Source: Fusibacter sp. JL216-2 | GTDB lineage: Bacteria > Bacillota > Clostridia > Peptostreptococcales > Acidaminobacteraceae | Assembly: GCF_050596425.1 (NCBI RefSeq) | Contig: NZ_CP192292.1 | Span: 1,287,987-1,351,986, forward strand | Reading direction: 5' to 3' | Length of the DNA: 64,000 bases | Part shown: piece by piece, positions 19,092 to 29,503 of the stretch | Layout of the letters: each line of letters opens with the position of its first letter | How positions within the stretch are numbered: position 1 is the first letter of the stretch | Position numbers and translations under genes: made by a program | Notes under the pieces: model-generated | What the model was told of the DNA's origin: nothing | The model's input: only the letters and a program-made list of their open reading frames with translations | Database searches by the model: none

Positions 19092-22000
19092 TGGATAAAA
19101 ACGAACTGGTTTTTTATGAAAACTTAATTGAAAACGCTTCTTTTGGTTTTGCAGACCATGAATTTATTTTCGACGAGAATGGCCTTCCTATAAATTATGT
19201 CTTTAAGAGAGTCAACAAGGCTTATGAAGACATTATTGGTATACAAAGAGAAGACATCATTGGCAAGAGGGTTACAGAATGCTTTCCAGATATGGATAAG
19301 GATAATTTTGACTGGATAAATTTTTTCGCTGAGGTGGTGAAAAGCGGTCAAAAGACAGAAATCGAACAATATGCCATGAATATGGATCGTTGGTTTCGTG
19401 TGGAAGTGGATCCTTACTCGAAGACCTGCTTTTCAATAATTTTTACAGATATCACCAATGAAATGATCAAACTCCATGAAGTGGAAAAACAAGAAAAGTA
19501 TTTTCAGCAAGTTCTGCTTTCTATTCCCGACATTCTCCTATCGGTTAATGCTAAGGGGGAAATATTAAATTGCAATATTGGGCAAGACTGTAAAAGAAAA
19601 GAGCCTACATCAAATAAATCCCCTAGGCGATTTGATCAGATGTTTGACGAGAACGTATCTAAAAGGCTGACTGCCTATGTTCAAAAATCAATAGAAAAAA
19701 ATGAAAAATACATCATCGAATATGAATCACAGACCGGTGGAACACTTGAATCCTATGAGGCTCAAATCGTACCTCAGTCTTCTGAAGAAGCCATTGTTCT
19801 CATTCACAATATTGATAGAAGAAAGAGTATGGAAGTTGAAATTGAAAAAAACAAGAGAAATTTAGATCAATTCTTTAAACAGTCGACTGTAGGCATTTTT
19901 TTTATGATGCTTGACGAGCCCGTTGCGTGGAATCATGACTCTGATAAGGAAAAACTTTTAGACTATATATTCAGCCATCAGCGCATTACCAAGGTTAATC
20001 AAGCCATGTTAAATCAGTATGTTGCAAAAGAAGAGGATTTTATAGGGCTCACCCCCAATGATTTCTTTGAACATGACATAGAAGCTGGTCGGGCTCTATG
20101 GAAAGATTTTTTTGACACTGGTCAACTCCATATAGAAACCGATGAGAAGCGATTTAATGGCGAAGACATGTCTGTGCTTGGAGACTATGTATGCTTTTAT
20201 GATGACAAAAAAAGAATCACAGGGCATTTTGGTGTTCAAATCGATGTGACAGATCAGAAAAAGGCTGAAGAAAAATTAAGAGAAAGTGAAGAGCAACTCA
20301 GACTGACCCTAGAGGCCACAGGCGAGGGCATATGGGACTGGGATATAGTAAATGATAGTATAAACCATAATACCAGATGGTATGAAATATTGGGGATTGA
20401 AGAAGAAACACACGATCATTCTGTTGAATTCTTTTTAGAATGTATATATGAAGGTGATAGGGCGTCAGTACTCGAGCGGGTTAACTCATGTTTAGAGGAC
20501 GATTCTGTTTATGAAAGTGAACACAGAATGGTCAAACCGAGTGGTCAAGTTATTTGGGTTTTAGATAGAGGGCTTGTTGTATCAAGGGCGCCGGATGGCC
20601 AACCCCTTAGAATGCTGGGAAGTATTTCTGAAATCACACGTAAAAAAGTCCTTGAAGAACAAATCAAACTCACAAGGGACCTGTTTTCAGCAGGACCAGT
20701 TTTTATAGTGGTATGGACCGTTGATGACCAGCTATCCCTGACCTACATTTCAGACAACGTCAAAGAGCTTCTGGGATATGATAAATCTGAGATTATGCAT
20801 CCAAATTTCAAGTTTAGAGACATTATCCATCCAGAGGACTACGAGAACTATATGAATAGGATCAATGACTATATTGAAAATAGCCATGAGGACAACCACT
20901 TTGAACAGTCCTATAGAATTAGGTTAAAAAGCGGGGAGTACCGCTGGTTTTATGACTTCTCCATGCTCTCTATGAGTGAAAATAACAAGGTAAGTGAAAT
21001 TAGGGGCTACCTATATGACCAAAGTTATCAGAAGGATATTGAAAAGGACCTTGAAGAAAAAAGTTTCAGGCTGGACAGCATCATAAACGGAACCAATGTG
21101 GGCACATGGGAGTGGAATGTACAAACTGGCGAGACGGTTTTCAATGAAAGATGGGCAGAGATGATAGGCTACAGCCTAGATGAGTTAAGCCCCACAACCA
21201 TTGACACCTGGATGCAGTATGCCCATGTAGAAGACTTAGAAGCCAGTGGTCAAGCACTGAATAACCATTTCACCGGCAAAATCCCTTACTATGATGTGGA
21301 AGCTAGAATGAAGCACAAAAATGGAGATTGGATTTGGGTCCATGACAGGGGGAAGGTTGCCACCTGGACGGAAGATGGCAAGCCCCTTATGATGTACGGC
21401 ACCCATCAAGATATTACTGCAACCAAAGAGAATGAACGAAAAGTGAAGCGCTTTAGTGAACTGCAACAGATTATTTTAAAAGTTTCCAAAGACTTTATAA
21501 ACGCCGATATTTCTAAGTTTGATGAACTCACCCATGCAGCCCTAAAAGAGCTGGGTCAATTTGTCAGTGCTGACCGGGCCTATATATTTACTTATGATTT
21601 TAATAACAAGACAACTTCCAACACCTTTGAATGGTGCGAAGAAGGCATTTCAGAGGAAATCCAAAATTTGCAAGATGTGCCTCTGGATTTTATTCCAGAC
21701 TGGGTGGAAACCCATAAACGCAAGGAGGCCTTATATGTCTATGATGTGAGTGGGCTTACAAGGCCAGAAGATCAGGGGATTCGGGACATATTAGAACCCC
21801 AAGGAGTACAAAGCATTTATACCCTTCCTCTGTTTAAGAAGAATGATCTCATTGGCTTTATAGGCTTTGATTCAGTAAGAGAAAAGCACAGGTATGCAGA
21901 AAAAGAAAAAGCCCTTCTGACCATATTTGGCGAAATGTACGTCAATTTTAGTGAGAGAGTCAAAATCTCAGAAGAACTAAAAATAGCAGCCGAGCAGGCC

Positions 22001-23461
22001 AAGTCAGCAAGTGTGGCCAAGTCAGAGTTTCTTGCCAACATGAGCCACGAAATCCGCACGCCAATGAATGCGGTTCTTGGTTTTTCTGAAATTCTTAAGG
22101 GCTCATTAGAAGATGAAAAACTGCTCAACTATGTAGAAGGCATTCATGTAGCAGGTAAGAATCTGCTAAATTTAATTAATGATATTTTAGACTTGTCAAA
22201 AATAGAAGCAGGCCATATGACCATTTCCACTGAAGAAATTCGAGTGAAAAATGTCCTGCAGGAAATGATGGATCTCTTTAATATGAAGGCCAGAGAAAAG
22301 GGCATTGATTTGATATGTGACCAGGATGAAAAACTTTCAGCCTTTATTACAATTGACGAGGTGCGCGTAAAACAAGTCCTACTCAACCTAATTGGTAATG
22401 CTATGAAATTCACATCGGAGGGCATGGTCAAGATCACTGCGGAGGTGCTTAGACAAGGGGACGAAGATATGGACATTGCTTTTCGTGTCAAAGATACGGG
22501 CATAGGCATTCCTGAAGATCAGCAGAAGAAAATTTTTGACGCCTTCACCCAGCAAGATGGTCAAAGCACGCGTAAGTACGGTGGCACGGGCCTTGGGCTG
22601 GCTATTTCACGCAAGTTGGCTTCGATGATGGGCGGGGAAATCACACTGGAAAGCCAAGTGGGTCAAGGCTCTCAGTTCAGTCTGGTCTTAAATAACATAG
22701 CTTATAGAAAGGCCGCTGTGTCTCCTGATGAAGATCTTGTCAAAGTCAAAAAGGAAGAACAATATGTTTTTGCGCCTGCAAGGGTTTTAATTGCAGAAGA
22801 CATATACTCAAATATTGAGGTTTTGCTTGGTCACTTAAGAGAGTATGAATTTGAATTTTTTATATCAGAAAATGGCAAAGATGCCCTAGAAAAAGCCAAA
22901 ATCTACAGGCCAGACATTATATTAATGGACATGCAAATGCCTATTATGAGTGGCTATGAAGTCACCAAAAAATTAAAAGAAAATCCAGACACCAAGGACA
23001 TGACGATTGTGGCAGTGACTGCTTCCGTTATGAAGGACGATGAAATGCGCATAAAAGATATATGTGATGGCTACTTAAGAAAACCATTTATCAAGAATGA
23101 TCTCTTGTTTGAATTGTCAAGACATCTAGAGCATGATCTTGTGACAAAGCAAGATGTAAGTTCTAAAAATAATAAAATAGGCAGTCAATATGACCTTCCT
23201 GAAGCGTTGAAAGAGGCTATTGAAGAAAAATTCATGGACCGGTGGGCTTCAATAAACACACTCAAAATCGGTACAGACATTCAAGCGTTTGCCTTGGATC
23301 TTCTTGAATTCTCTAAACAGAATAAGGCTGAAGATCTTGAGAAGTATGCTCAAAAACTATACGATTATGCAGATGAGTTTGACATTGAGAAGATGGAAGT
23401 GCTCTTTGAAGATTTTTATAACATGGTTGTGGGATCAGAAGGTGAAGAAAAAGTGAATTAA
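19091..23461 (+). CDS. multi-sensor hybrid histidine kinase (multiple PAS/PAC, GAF, HisKA, HATPase, receiver, C-terminal helical domain)
   Basis: H-box SHEIRTPMNAV, G-box GTGLGLAIS, receiver DIILMDMQMP. The start overlaps the stop of the upstream RR-GGDEF gene. Confidence 0.85.
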   Translation: MDKNELVFYENLIENASFGFADHEFIFDENGLPINYVFKRVNKAYEDIIGIQREDIIGKRVTECFPDMDKDNFDWINFFAEVVKSGQKTEIEQYAMNMDRWFRVEVDPYSKTCFSIIFTDITNEMIKLHEVEKQEKYFQQVLLSIPDILLSVNAKGEILNCNIGQDCKRKEPTSNKSPRRFDQMFDENVSKRLTAYVQKSIEKNEKYIIEYESQTGGTLESYEAQIVPQSSEEAIVLIHNIDRRKSMEVEIEKNKRNLDQFFKQSTVGIFFMMLDEPVAWNHDSDKEKLLDYIFSHQRITKVNQAMLNQYVAKEEDFIGLTPNDFFEHDIEAGRALWKDFFDTGQLHIETDEKRFNGEDMSVLGDYVCFYDDKKRITGHFGVQIDVTDQKKAEEKLRESEEQLRLTLEATGEGIWDWDIVNDSINHNTRWYEILGIEEETHDHSVEFFLECIYEGDRASVLERVNSCLEDDSVYESEHRMVKPSGQVIWVLDRGLVVSRAPDGQPLRMLGSISEITRKKVLEEQIKLTRDLFSAGPVFIVVWTVDDQLSLTYISDNVKELLGYDKSEIMHPNFKFRDIIHPEDYENYMNRINDYIENSHEDNHFEQSYRIRLKSGEYRWFYDFSMLSMSENNKVSEIRGYLYDQSYQKDIEKDLEEKSFRLDSIINGTNVGTWEWNVQTGETVFNERWAEMIGYSLDELSPTTIDTWMQYAHVEDLEASGQALNNHFTGKIPYYDVEARMKHKNGDWIWVHDRGKVATWTEDGKPLMMYGTHQDITATKENERKVKRFSELQQIILKVSKDFINADISKFDELTHAALKELGQFVSADRAYIFTYDFNNKTTSNTFEWCEEGISEEIQNLQDVPLDFIPDWVETHKRKEALYVYDVSGLTRPEDQGIRDILEPQGVQSIYTLPLFKKNDLIGFIGFDSVREKHRYAEKEKALLTIFGEMYVNFSERVKISEELKIAAEQAKSASVAKSEFLANMSHEIRTPMNAVLGFSEILKGSLEDEKLLNYVEGIHVAGKNLLNLINDILDLSKIEAGHMTISTEEIRVKNVLQEMMDLFNMKAREKGIDLICDQDEKLSAFITIDEVRVKQVLLNLIGNAMKFTSEGMVKITAEVLRQGDEDMDIAFRVKDTGIGIPEDQQKKIFDAFTQQDGQSTRKYGGTGLGLAISRKLASMMGGEITLESQVGQGSQFSLVLNNIAYRKAAVSPDEDLVKVKKEEQYVFAPARVLIAEDIYSNIEVLLGHLREYEFEFFISENGKDALEKAKIYRPDIILMDMQMPIMSGYEVTKKLKENPDTKDMTIVAVTASVMKDDEMRIKDICDGYLRKPFIKNDLLFELSRHLEHDLVTKQDVSSKNNKIGSQYDLPEALKEAIEEKFMDRWASINTLKIGTDIQAFALDLLEFSKQNKAEDLEKYAQKLYDYADEFDIEKMEVLFEDFYNMVVGSEGEEKVN

Positions 23462-23507
23462 TTAGATGGTTATATCTAAATTGAGGTTGGTAAAAGGGGG
23501 AGAGCTT

Positions 23508-23663
23508 ATGTCAGAAACAGTTCAGGGGCTGATACTGGTTATAATATTTAGCTTGGTCAATTGGGGGCTATACATTTATCGCGGTAAGATGACCTATAAT
23601 AAAAAAACATACTACACACTCGTGTCACCAGATGAGTTCACTGCAGATGAGAAGGAGGTCTAG
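23508..23663 (+). CDS. hypothetical small membrane protein (51 aa)
   Basis: AAAGGGGGAGAG RBS then ATG; one TM helix. Confidence 0.3.
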   Translation: MSETVQGLILVIIFSLVNWGLYIYRGKMTYNKKTYYTLVSPDEFTADEKEV

Positions 23664-23666
23664 TTC

Positions 23667-24476
23667 ATGTATAATCTAATGGTATACATCTTTATTGGAC
23701 TATTTCTTGTCATGCTGGTGCAAATTATTCTGATCAAGGTGAAGGGGAATTCAATTGACCATATGGAGAATCAAGACCGTATTGATGAACTCATGTCTTA
23801 TATTAAGGCTGGAAAAGGGTCCTATGTGGATGCATCAGGACGAAATGTTCTTATGATAGCCGCGGCAACCAACTATTATGGAAAACGTGGTGAAAAAAAC
23901 TATTTAGATGTTGTAAAGACAGCGGTACAGGCAGGTATAAGGGTAGATACCAAGTCGTTGGTGGAAGAAAAAACAGCCCTCTTCTATGCCCTTTCCAGTC
24001 CAAGTGGCCGTGAGGTGGCAGAGTATTTACTGGCCTGTGGTGCAAACTCTATGGCGACTGATAAGAAAGGTCGCATTCCATTGTTTGAGAGTATAAAGAG
24101 AAATGGGTCTGGTGCCTACGACCTGATGGTGGAAAAAACATCTGATATAAACCATCAGAGCCAAGAAGGGGTCACGGCCCTTATGGTGGCTGCTAGATAT
24201 ATGAATATACCTGCCATACACGATTTGTTGGATCGCGGCGCCAATGTCAAACTCGTGCAAAAAGATGGGCTCAACGCCTATGATATTGGTGAAAAACATA
24301 AAAAAGAGTTTTATCAACGTAGCGGGGACAGTGCCTCATCGAATAATGATGACAAGCATAATCATACAATTGATGAAGTTGTACGCAAGCTCTACTGCGC
24401 TGTACATGACAAACCTTACAAAGCAAGAAAGTTTGTTCCTAGACAAACAGAGAACATGGCGGATGATTTAGACTAG
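23667..24476 (+). CDS. membrane-anchored ankyrin-repeat protein
   Basis: N-terminal TM, then at least three ankyrin repeats (e.g. GVTALMVAARYMNIPAIHDLLDRGANV). Confidence 0.65.
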   Translation: MYNLMVYIFIGLFLVMLVQIILIKVKGNSIDHMENQDRIDELMSYIKAGKGSYVDASGRNVLMIAAATNYYGKRGEKNYLDVVKTAVQAGIRVDTKSLVEEKTALFYALSSPSGREVAEYLLACGANSMATDKKGRIPLFESIKRNGSGAYDLMVEKTSDINHQSQEGVTALMVAARYMNIPAIHDLLDRGANVKLVQKDGLNAYDIGEKHKKEFYQRSGDSASSNNDDKHNHTIDEVVRKLYCAVHDKPYKARKFVPRQTENMADDLD

Positions 24477-24527
24477 AAAAATATAGAGGTCAGTATCATA
24501 GCTTAAGGCATGAAAAACTCAAGTAAT

Positions 24528-24567
24528 AAATCCGTAGGAGGGACTGAAGACACCTCTTACGGATTTT
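24528..24567. terminator. terminator between ankyrin gene (+) and GGDEF sensor (-)
   Basis: AAATCCGTAGGAGGGACTGAAGACACCTCTTACGGATTTT. Confidence 0.7.
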
Positions 24568-24583
24568 AATTATGTCTTATAAC

Positions 24584-26575
24584 CTATTCATTTTGCATAT
24601 CACGATAGCCGACGACTTGATTTCGACCATGAGCCTTTCCAAAGTAGAGGGCGTCATCAGCGTGCTTTATAATTTCTTTTAAGGCCAGAGGCTCATCATA
24701 AACGGCAACTCCAATGGTCAGGGTGATATGGTCAAAATCTGATATGTCCATGCATGGCATTTTCATATCTTTGATTTGACTGCAAATTCGCTCTGCCAGT
24801 TGCATGGCATCATCGTAAGCCGTTTCAGGTAGAACGATTATAAACTCCTCACCGCCCCATCGCCCGACATCGTCGTAATTTCTGACCTGGTCTTTTAGAC
24901 TCTGACTAAGTCTTTTGAGAACCTCATCACCAACATTGTGGCCATAGGTGTCGTTGACATTTTTGAAGTAATCCACATCAAGAAGTAGGACAGAGAAACA
25001 AGTTCCCTTTCTTTCAAACTTGGAAATTTCCTTTTCCATACTTTCAATAATGGCTCGCCTGTTACCTAGGTTTGTAAGCGGATCACTTTTAAGAAGACGA
25101 TTCATGGAATCGTTGAGCTTGACCCGATCTGTAATATTTTTTCCATTGGCTACAAGATATTCAATTTGATTGTTCTGGTTATAAATTGGACTCATGGAAA
25201 ATTCAATGTGCTGTACATCACCATTGAGATCATAGTGAATCACATCTCGTTTGGGATGGCCTCCCAGTCGTGTCTCTTCAATGGAAAATTTAATAAAGGA
25301 TATGAGTTCCTGAGACCAGTTCCACCATGGTGTATCGTAGAAAAATTCACCAACGAGCTGGTCTGAAGCCACATCGATCATAGAAACAGCGGTCTGGTTG
25401 ACGAAGAGTATTCGTCCTTCAAGATCAAGCACAGCCATAAGCTGAACAGCTTGGTTAACGACCTGTTCAAACTTCAATTGGTTGTTATAGGCTTCAAGGT
25501 TGGCGTGAACTTTCTTACTATACTGGAATATTATTGTGATAAGAAGGAATATGACCACCCCAATCAATAGTTGGTCGCCAAGGGCGTTGAAATAAAGTTT
25601 GGACAAATCATTTATAACGATTAACTGCCAGTCGAATAGCTGAATGTTCATTTTTTTGACAAGATAGTCATTGAACTGGTGGTAGATATTGTCTTCAAGA
25701 CTGAAAAACTCTGATTCATCAATACCAAGTGTGTCTAGATAGAACGCAATAGGGACGACACCGTCTTTCGCATCGGTTTTGTTTGTTGCAATAATTTCCC
25801 CGTATTGGTTGATGAGAAAATATTCACTATCTGTACTGGTGCCCAGTTGAACAATCTCTTCTAATTCATCAAGGGTAATATCTATGGCTAGGGCACCACG
25901 GAAGGTATTATGGTGGTAAATAGGCTTTGAAAGTGTGACCATCATGCCTGCTCCAGCTTCGTCTTCATAAATCTTTGTAGCAACAATACTTCTTTCAGGA
26001 TTGCTTGTGGGGGTTATTTCAGTGAAAAAATCATGGGTAACTGTGTTGGGTGTAAACATGTATTCTGAAGGGGCAACTCTAGGATGAATATTGATGAAGT
26101 TGTTTTGAGACACATAGTAAATCCACTGGATACTTTGAAGATTTTCTTTTGCTGTTTCAAAGAAAGGTGTTAGGAAGGCTGCGCCATACACTTCGTCTAG
26201 TATGGCTTCATCCAGTGTGTCAAAGTTTCCAGTACCACTTAAGCTAGACCCCTTTTCTCCAAGTGTCACATCAGCATAGAATTGATTGCTATCACTGAAG
26301 TAGACTATGTTTTCAAGTTCCCTGTGGTCGGTGGCATCATAGTCGTGGTGGCTTTCTAGAACATTGCTGATCAGTTTGAGGTGAATCTCACTATTGTTGA
26401 GTGTGGTTCTTATATCACTTGACGTCTCTTTGAGGTCATGGGTGATGCCTTGTAAAATATGGTCATATTTTTCATTCACATCTCGAAAGCTAATATAGAT
26501 AAGAAGAACGACAAGGAGACTGATGAAGAAAATTAGAGCGTTCTTTATATATTTATGTGTTAACATTTCCTTCAC
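24584..26575 (-). CDS. sensor diguanylate cyclase (TM - Cache-like - TM - PAS - GGDEF)
   Basis: GRWGGEEFIIVLP catalytic motif. Periplasmic region lies between two TM helices. Confidence 0.8.
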   Translation of the reverse strand: MKEMLTHKYIKNALIFFISLLVVLLIYISFRDVNEKYDHILQGITHDLKETSSDIRTTLNNSEIHLKLISNVLESHHDYDATDHRELENIVYFSDSNQFYADVTLGEKGSSLSGTGNFDTLDEAILDEVYGAAFLTPFFETAKENLQSIQWIYYVSQNNFINIHPRVAPSEYMFTPNTVTHDFFTEITPTSNPERSIVATKIYEDEAGAGMMVTLSKPIYHHNTFRGALAIDITLDELEEIVQLGTSTDSEYFLINQYGEIIATNKTDAKDGVVPIAFYLDTLGIDESEFFSLEDNIYHQFNDYLVKKMNIQLFDWQLIVINDLSKLYFNALGDQLLIGVVIFLLITIIFQYSKKVHANLEAYNNQLKFEQVVNQAVQLMAVLDLEGRILFVNQTAVSMIDVASDQLVGEFFYDTPWWNWSQELISFIKFSIEETRLGGHPKRDVIHYDLNGDVQHIEFSMSPIYNQNNQIEYLVANGKNITDRVKLNDSMNRLLKSDPLTNLGNRRAIIESMEKEISKFERKGTCFSVLLLDVDYFKNVNDTYGHNVGDEVLKRLSQSLKDQVRNYDDVGRWGGEEFIIVLPETAYDDAMQLAERICSQIKDMKMPCMDISDFDHITLTIGVAVYDEPLALKEIIKHADDALYFGKAHGRNQVVGYRDMQNE

Positions 26576-26885
26576 CTCACTTCCAATTTAAAATACTATT
26601 CCCGATTAGACACATAAGAATAAAGTATTGGAAGTATACCCGATTTATATGTATGTGAAACCAGCAAGGCAGAGGATGAGAGTGCCATTTTCTTGTGGTC
26701 CTGTGTTAAACTATACATAACTTGGGGGCATTATAGGTTTCTATAAAATATCCTTGTACATATGGTTATTTTAGGTATTGTTGTGATCATAGCAAACTAT
26801 GGCAATATATTGCGTAATTTTATAAAAAACGGGAAAATACGGATTAAGAATAAAATTGGATTCTGTATGAATTGAAGGAGAGAAT

Positions 26886-28049
26886 ATGATTGATATAACC
26901 GCTTTACTAAGTCAATCTGGGGTTGGTCAGGACTCAATTCGCTATGCGTCTGGCTGTAAAAAGGCCAAACATGGTGTGACCTCAACCAGGGGACCTGTGG
27001 TCGCGTGGAATATAACAAAGCGATGCAACTTTACTTGCAAGCACTGCTATTCAAGTGCCGATTTGAACCCAGGACAAGAAGAACTAGGGCTTGATGAAAT
27101 AAAATCCGCTATAGATCAAATGAAAGCTCTCAAGGTTCCTGTGATCCTTCTTTCTGGAGGGGAACCCATGATGCATGAGCATATTTTTGAAATCATTGAG
27201 TATATCAAAGCCTCTGGCATCCGGGTGAGTCTATCAACAAATGGGAGCCTGATAACGAGAGACACAGCTTTAAGACTGAAATCCTTGGGGGTATCCTACG
27301 TGGGAATCAGTCTAGATGGTATAGGAGAAATCAACGATAGATTTAGAGGGGTCAAGGGCGCCTTTGAAAAAGCAGTGCAAGGCATAAGAAATTGTAATGA
27401 AGCTGGCCAAAAAGTTGGCCTGCGCATGACTGTTCACAAGCATAATGTGTACCACGTGCCGAGCATTTTAAGCTTTATGGAAGAAGAGTCTGTCAAGCGT
27501 ATTTGCTTTTACCACTTGGTGCCGTCTGGAAGAGGGGTTGATATTCAAGATCAAATGATGTCCCCTGAAGAAGCCAGAAAATTTTTAGAGTCACTTATTG
27601 ACTATACGAATCAACAGGACATGGTGAATGATCCGAAAGAGATTTTAACGGTAACCAACCATGTGGATGGCCCTTATACTTACATACTTACAAAAGATAA
27701 AGATCCGGGCTTGGCTCAAAACGTGCTGGAAAAACTTAAAAACAACAAGGGGAATCGTTCGGGGGTTGCCATTATGAATATGGACTGGAGTGGCAATGTG
27801 TATCCGGATCAGTTTTCGAAGTTTATGCCCCTCGGCAGTGTTCGAGAAAAGTCCTTAGAGGAGATTTGGGTAAAAGGCACAGAGGCCTTGAATCAGCTCA
27901 GAAATAAAAATGATCACTTAAACGATCGGTGCAGAAACTGCAAATGGCTGGATATTTGCGGTGGAAACCTAAGGGCGCGTGCCTATATGACAACCGGTGA
28001 TTTATGGGGACATGACCCTGGATGCTACTTAAAGGATGATGAAATATGA
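26886..28049 (+). CDS. radical SAM/SPASM enzyme of alternative heme biosynthesis (AhbC/AhbD = NirJ1/NirJ2 type)
   Basis: CNFTCKHC radical-SAM cluster, C-terminal Cys-rich SPASM region (CRNCKWLDICGGNLRARA), adjacent to AhbA/B-like genes. Confidence 0.75.
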   Translation: MIDITALLSQSGVGQDSIRYASGCKKAKHGVTSTRGPVVAWNITKRCNFTCKHCYSSADLNPGQEELGLDEIKSAIDQMKALKVPVILLSGGEPMMHEHIFEIIEYIKASGIRVSLSTNGSLITRDTALRLKSLGVSYVGISLDGIGEINDRFRGVKGAFEKAVQGIRNCNEAGQKVGLRMTVHKHNVYHVPSILSFMEEESVKRICFYHLVPSGRGVDIQDQMMSPEEARKFLESLIDYTNQQDMVNDPKEILTVTNHVDGPYTYILTKDKDPGLAQNVLEKLKNNKGNRSGVAIMNMDWSGNVYPDQFSKFMPLGSVREKSLEEIWVKGTEALNQLRNKNDHLNDRCRNCKWLDICGGNLRARAYMTTGDLWGHDPGCYLKDDEI

Positions 28050-29059
28050 TACTTTCATGGAATACGACAAAAAGATGTAATCTGTACTGCAAACATTGTT
28101 ATAGGGAGTCAGATGAAAATCCAGCCCTTAATGAATTAACCACGGAGGAAGGCTACAAGCTCATTGATGAGATTGCCAGGACAAAGGCCTTTAAAATACT
28201 AATTCTTAGTGGGGGAGAACCTCTAATTCGTCCTGATATTGAAGACCTTGCCCGTCACGCTAGGACAAGGGGTCTTATACCCGTACTGGGTACAAACGGG
28301 ACATTGATTACAAAAGAAAGGGCCAAAACCTTAAAAGAAGCAGGGGTTGCTGCAGTGGGTATTAGCCTTGACTCTGTATGTCCTGAAAAGCACAATGATT
28401 TTCGTCAAACCCCGGAAGCCTTTGAAAAAGCGCTTGCTGGTATAAAAAATGCCCATGACGAAGGCATTCGTATACAGATCAACCCCACTATCACAAAGGA
28501 CAATGTGGATGAGATTGACAGCCTAATAGAAATGGCAGAAAAACTAAAGGCTGGGGCTCTCCATCCATTTTTCCTGGTTGAGGCGGGACGGGGCAAGTGC
28601 ATGACGGAAAATGCACTCTCTGATGAAGAATATTTTGAAGCCTTAAAGAAAATTATGACCCTGCAGGGGACCAGTCAAGTGGAACTCAAGCCCACATGCG
28701 CCCCACAGTTTATGAGTCTTGCAAAATCCATGGGGGTCAAAACAAGGTTTACCAGAGGTTGCTTGGCAGGGACGAGCTACTGCTGTATTTTGCCAAGTGG
28801 TCAAGTTCATGTTTGTCCATATCTTCCCATAGAAGCAGGCCATGTCCGCGACAAGGCTTTTGATGAAATTTGGTCTGAAAGTGAAGTCTTTATTAAATTA
28901 CGGGGGCAAGTGAATTATGAGGGCCTATGCGGAACATGTGAGGACCATAACATTTGTGGCGGCTGTAGGGCACGAGCCTACTACAAAACAGGTGACTTTA
29001 TGACAGCAGACCCTATGTCTGCCCACTGCTATAAAAGACAGGAGGGACTTGATGAATAA
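28046..29059 (+). CDS. radical SAM/SPASM enzyme of alternative heme biosynthesis (AhbD/AhbC = NirJ2/NirJ1 type)
   Basis: CNLYCKHC plus SPASM (CGTCEDHNICGGCRARA). Paralog of the upstream gene. Confidence 0.75.
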   Translation: MILSWNTTKRCNLYCKHCYRESDENPALNELTTEEGYKLIDEIARTKAFKILILSGGEPLIRPDIEDLARHARTRGLIPVLGTNGTLITKERAKTLKEAGVAAVGISLDSVCPEKHNDFRQTPEAFEKALAGIKNAHDEGIRIQINPTITKDNVDEIDSLIEMAEKLKAGALHPFFLVEAGRGKCMTENALSDEEYFEALKKIMTLQGTSQVELKPTCAPQFMSLAKSMGVKTRFTRGCLAGTSYCCILPSGQVHVCPYLPIEAGHVRDKAFDEIWSESEVFIKLRGQVNYEGLCGTCEDHNICGGCRARAYYKTGDFMTADPMSAHCYKRQEGLDE

Positions 29060-29498
29060 TAAGGAACGTGCTGTACTCAATGTTATTCAGGAGGGGATGC
29101 CCATTAGCAAAAGACCCTTTCAGGATATTGGAAGACAGATTGATATGTCTGAAAGCCAAGTGATTGAAGTCATTGAGTCTTTAAATGAAAAGGGATTGAT
29201 TCGGCGATTTGGTGGTATTGTTAACATTGCTGAGCTCGGTGTTGTCAGCACACTTGTCGGCCTTCGAGTCCAACCAGAAGACGTTGAAAAGGTTGCACTA
29301 GAAATAAACACCTTAACGGGTGTCACACATAATTATGAAAGAGATGATGCCTTTAATTTATGGTTCACCCTTATGGAGTCCAGTGATGAAAAACTACATG
29401 AGAGACTGGAGGCTGTTGAGGCAATGGAGGCTGTAGAGTGCCTCATTGACCTGAAGGCAAAGCAAAAATTTAAAACAAAAGTGGTCTTAGACTTGTAA
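29052..29498 (+). CDS. siroheme decarboxylase subunit, AhbA/AhbB (NirD/NirL/NirG/NirH, Lrp/AsnC-like) family
   Basis: HTH-like N-terminus (RAVLNVIQEGMPISKRPF) and heme-d1/Ahb family sequence. ATG behind GGAGGGA. Confidence 0.75.
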   Translation: MNNKERAVLNVIQEGMPISKRPFQDIGRQIDMSESQVIEVIESLNEKGLIRRFGGIVNIAELGVVSTLVGLRVQPEDVEKVALEINTLTGVTHNYERDDAFNLWFTLMESSDEKLHERLEAVEAMEAVECLIDLKAKQKFKTKVVLDL

Positions 29499-29503
29499 AG
29501 GCG

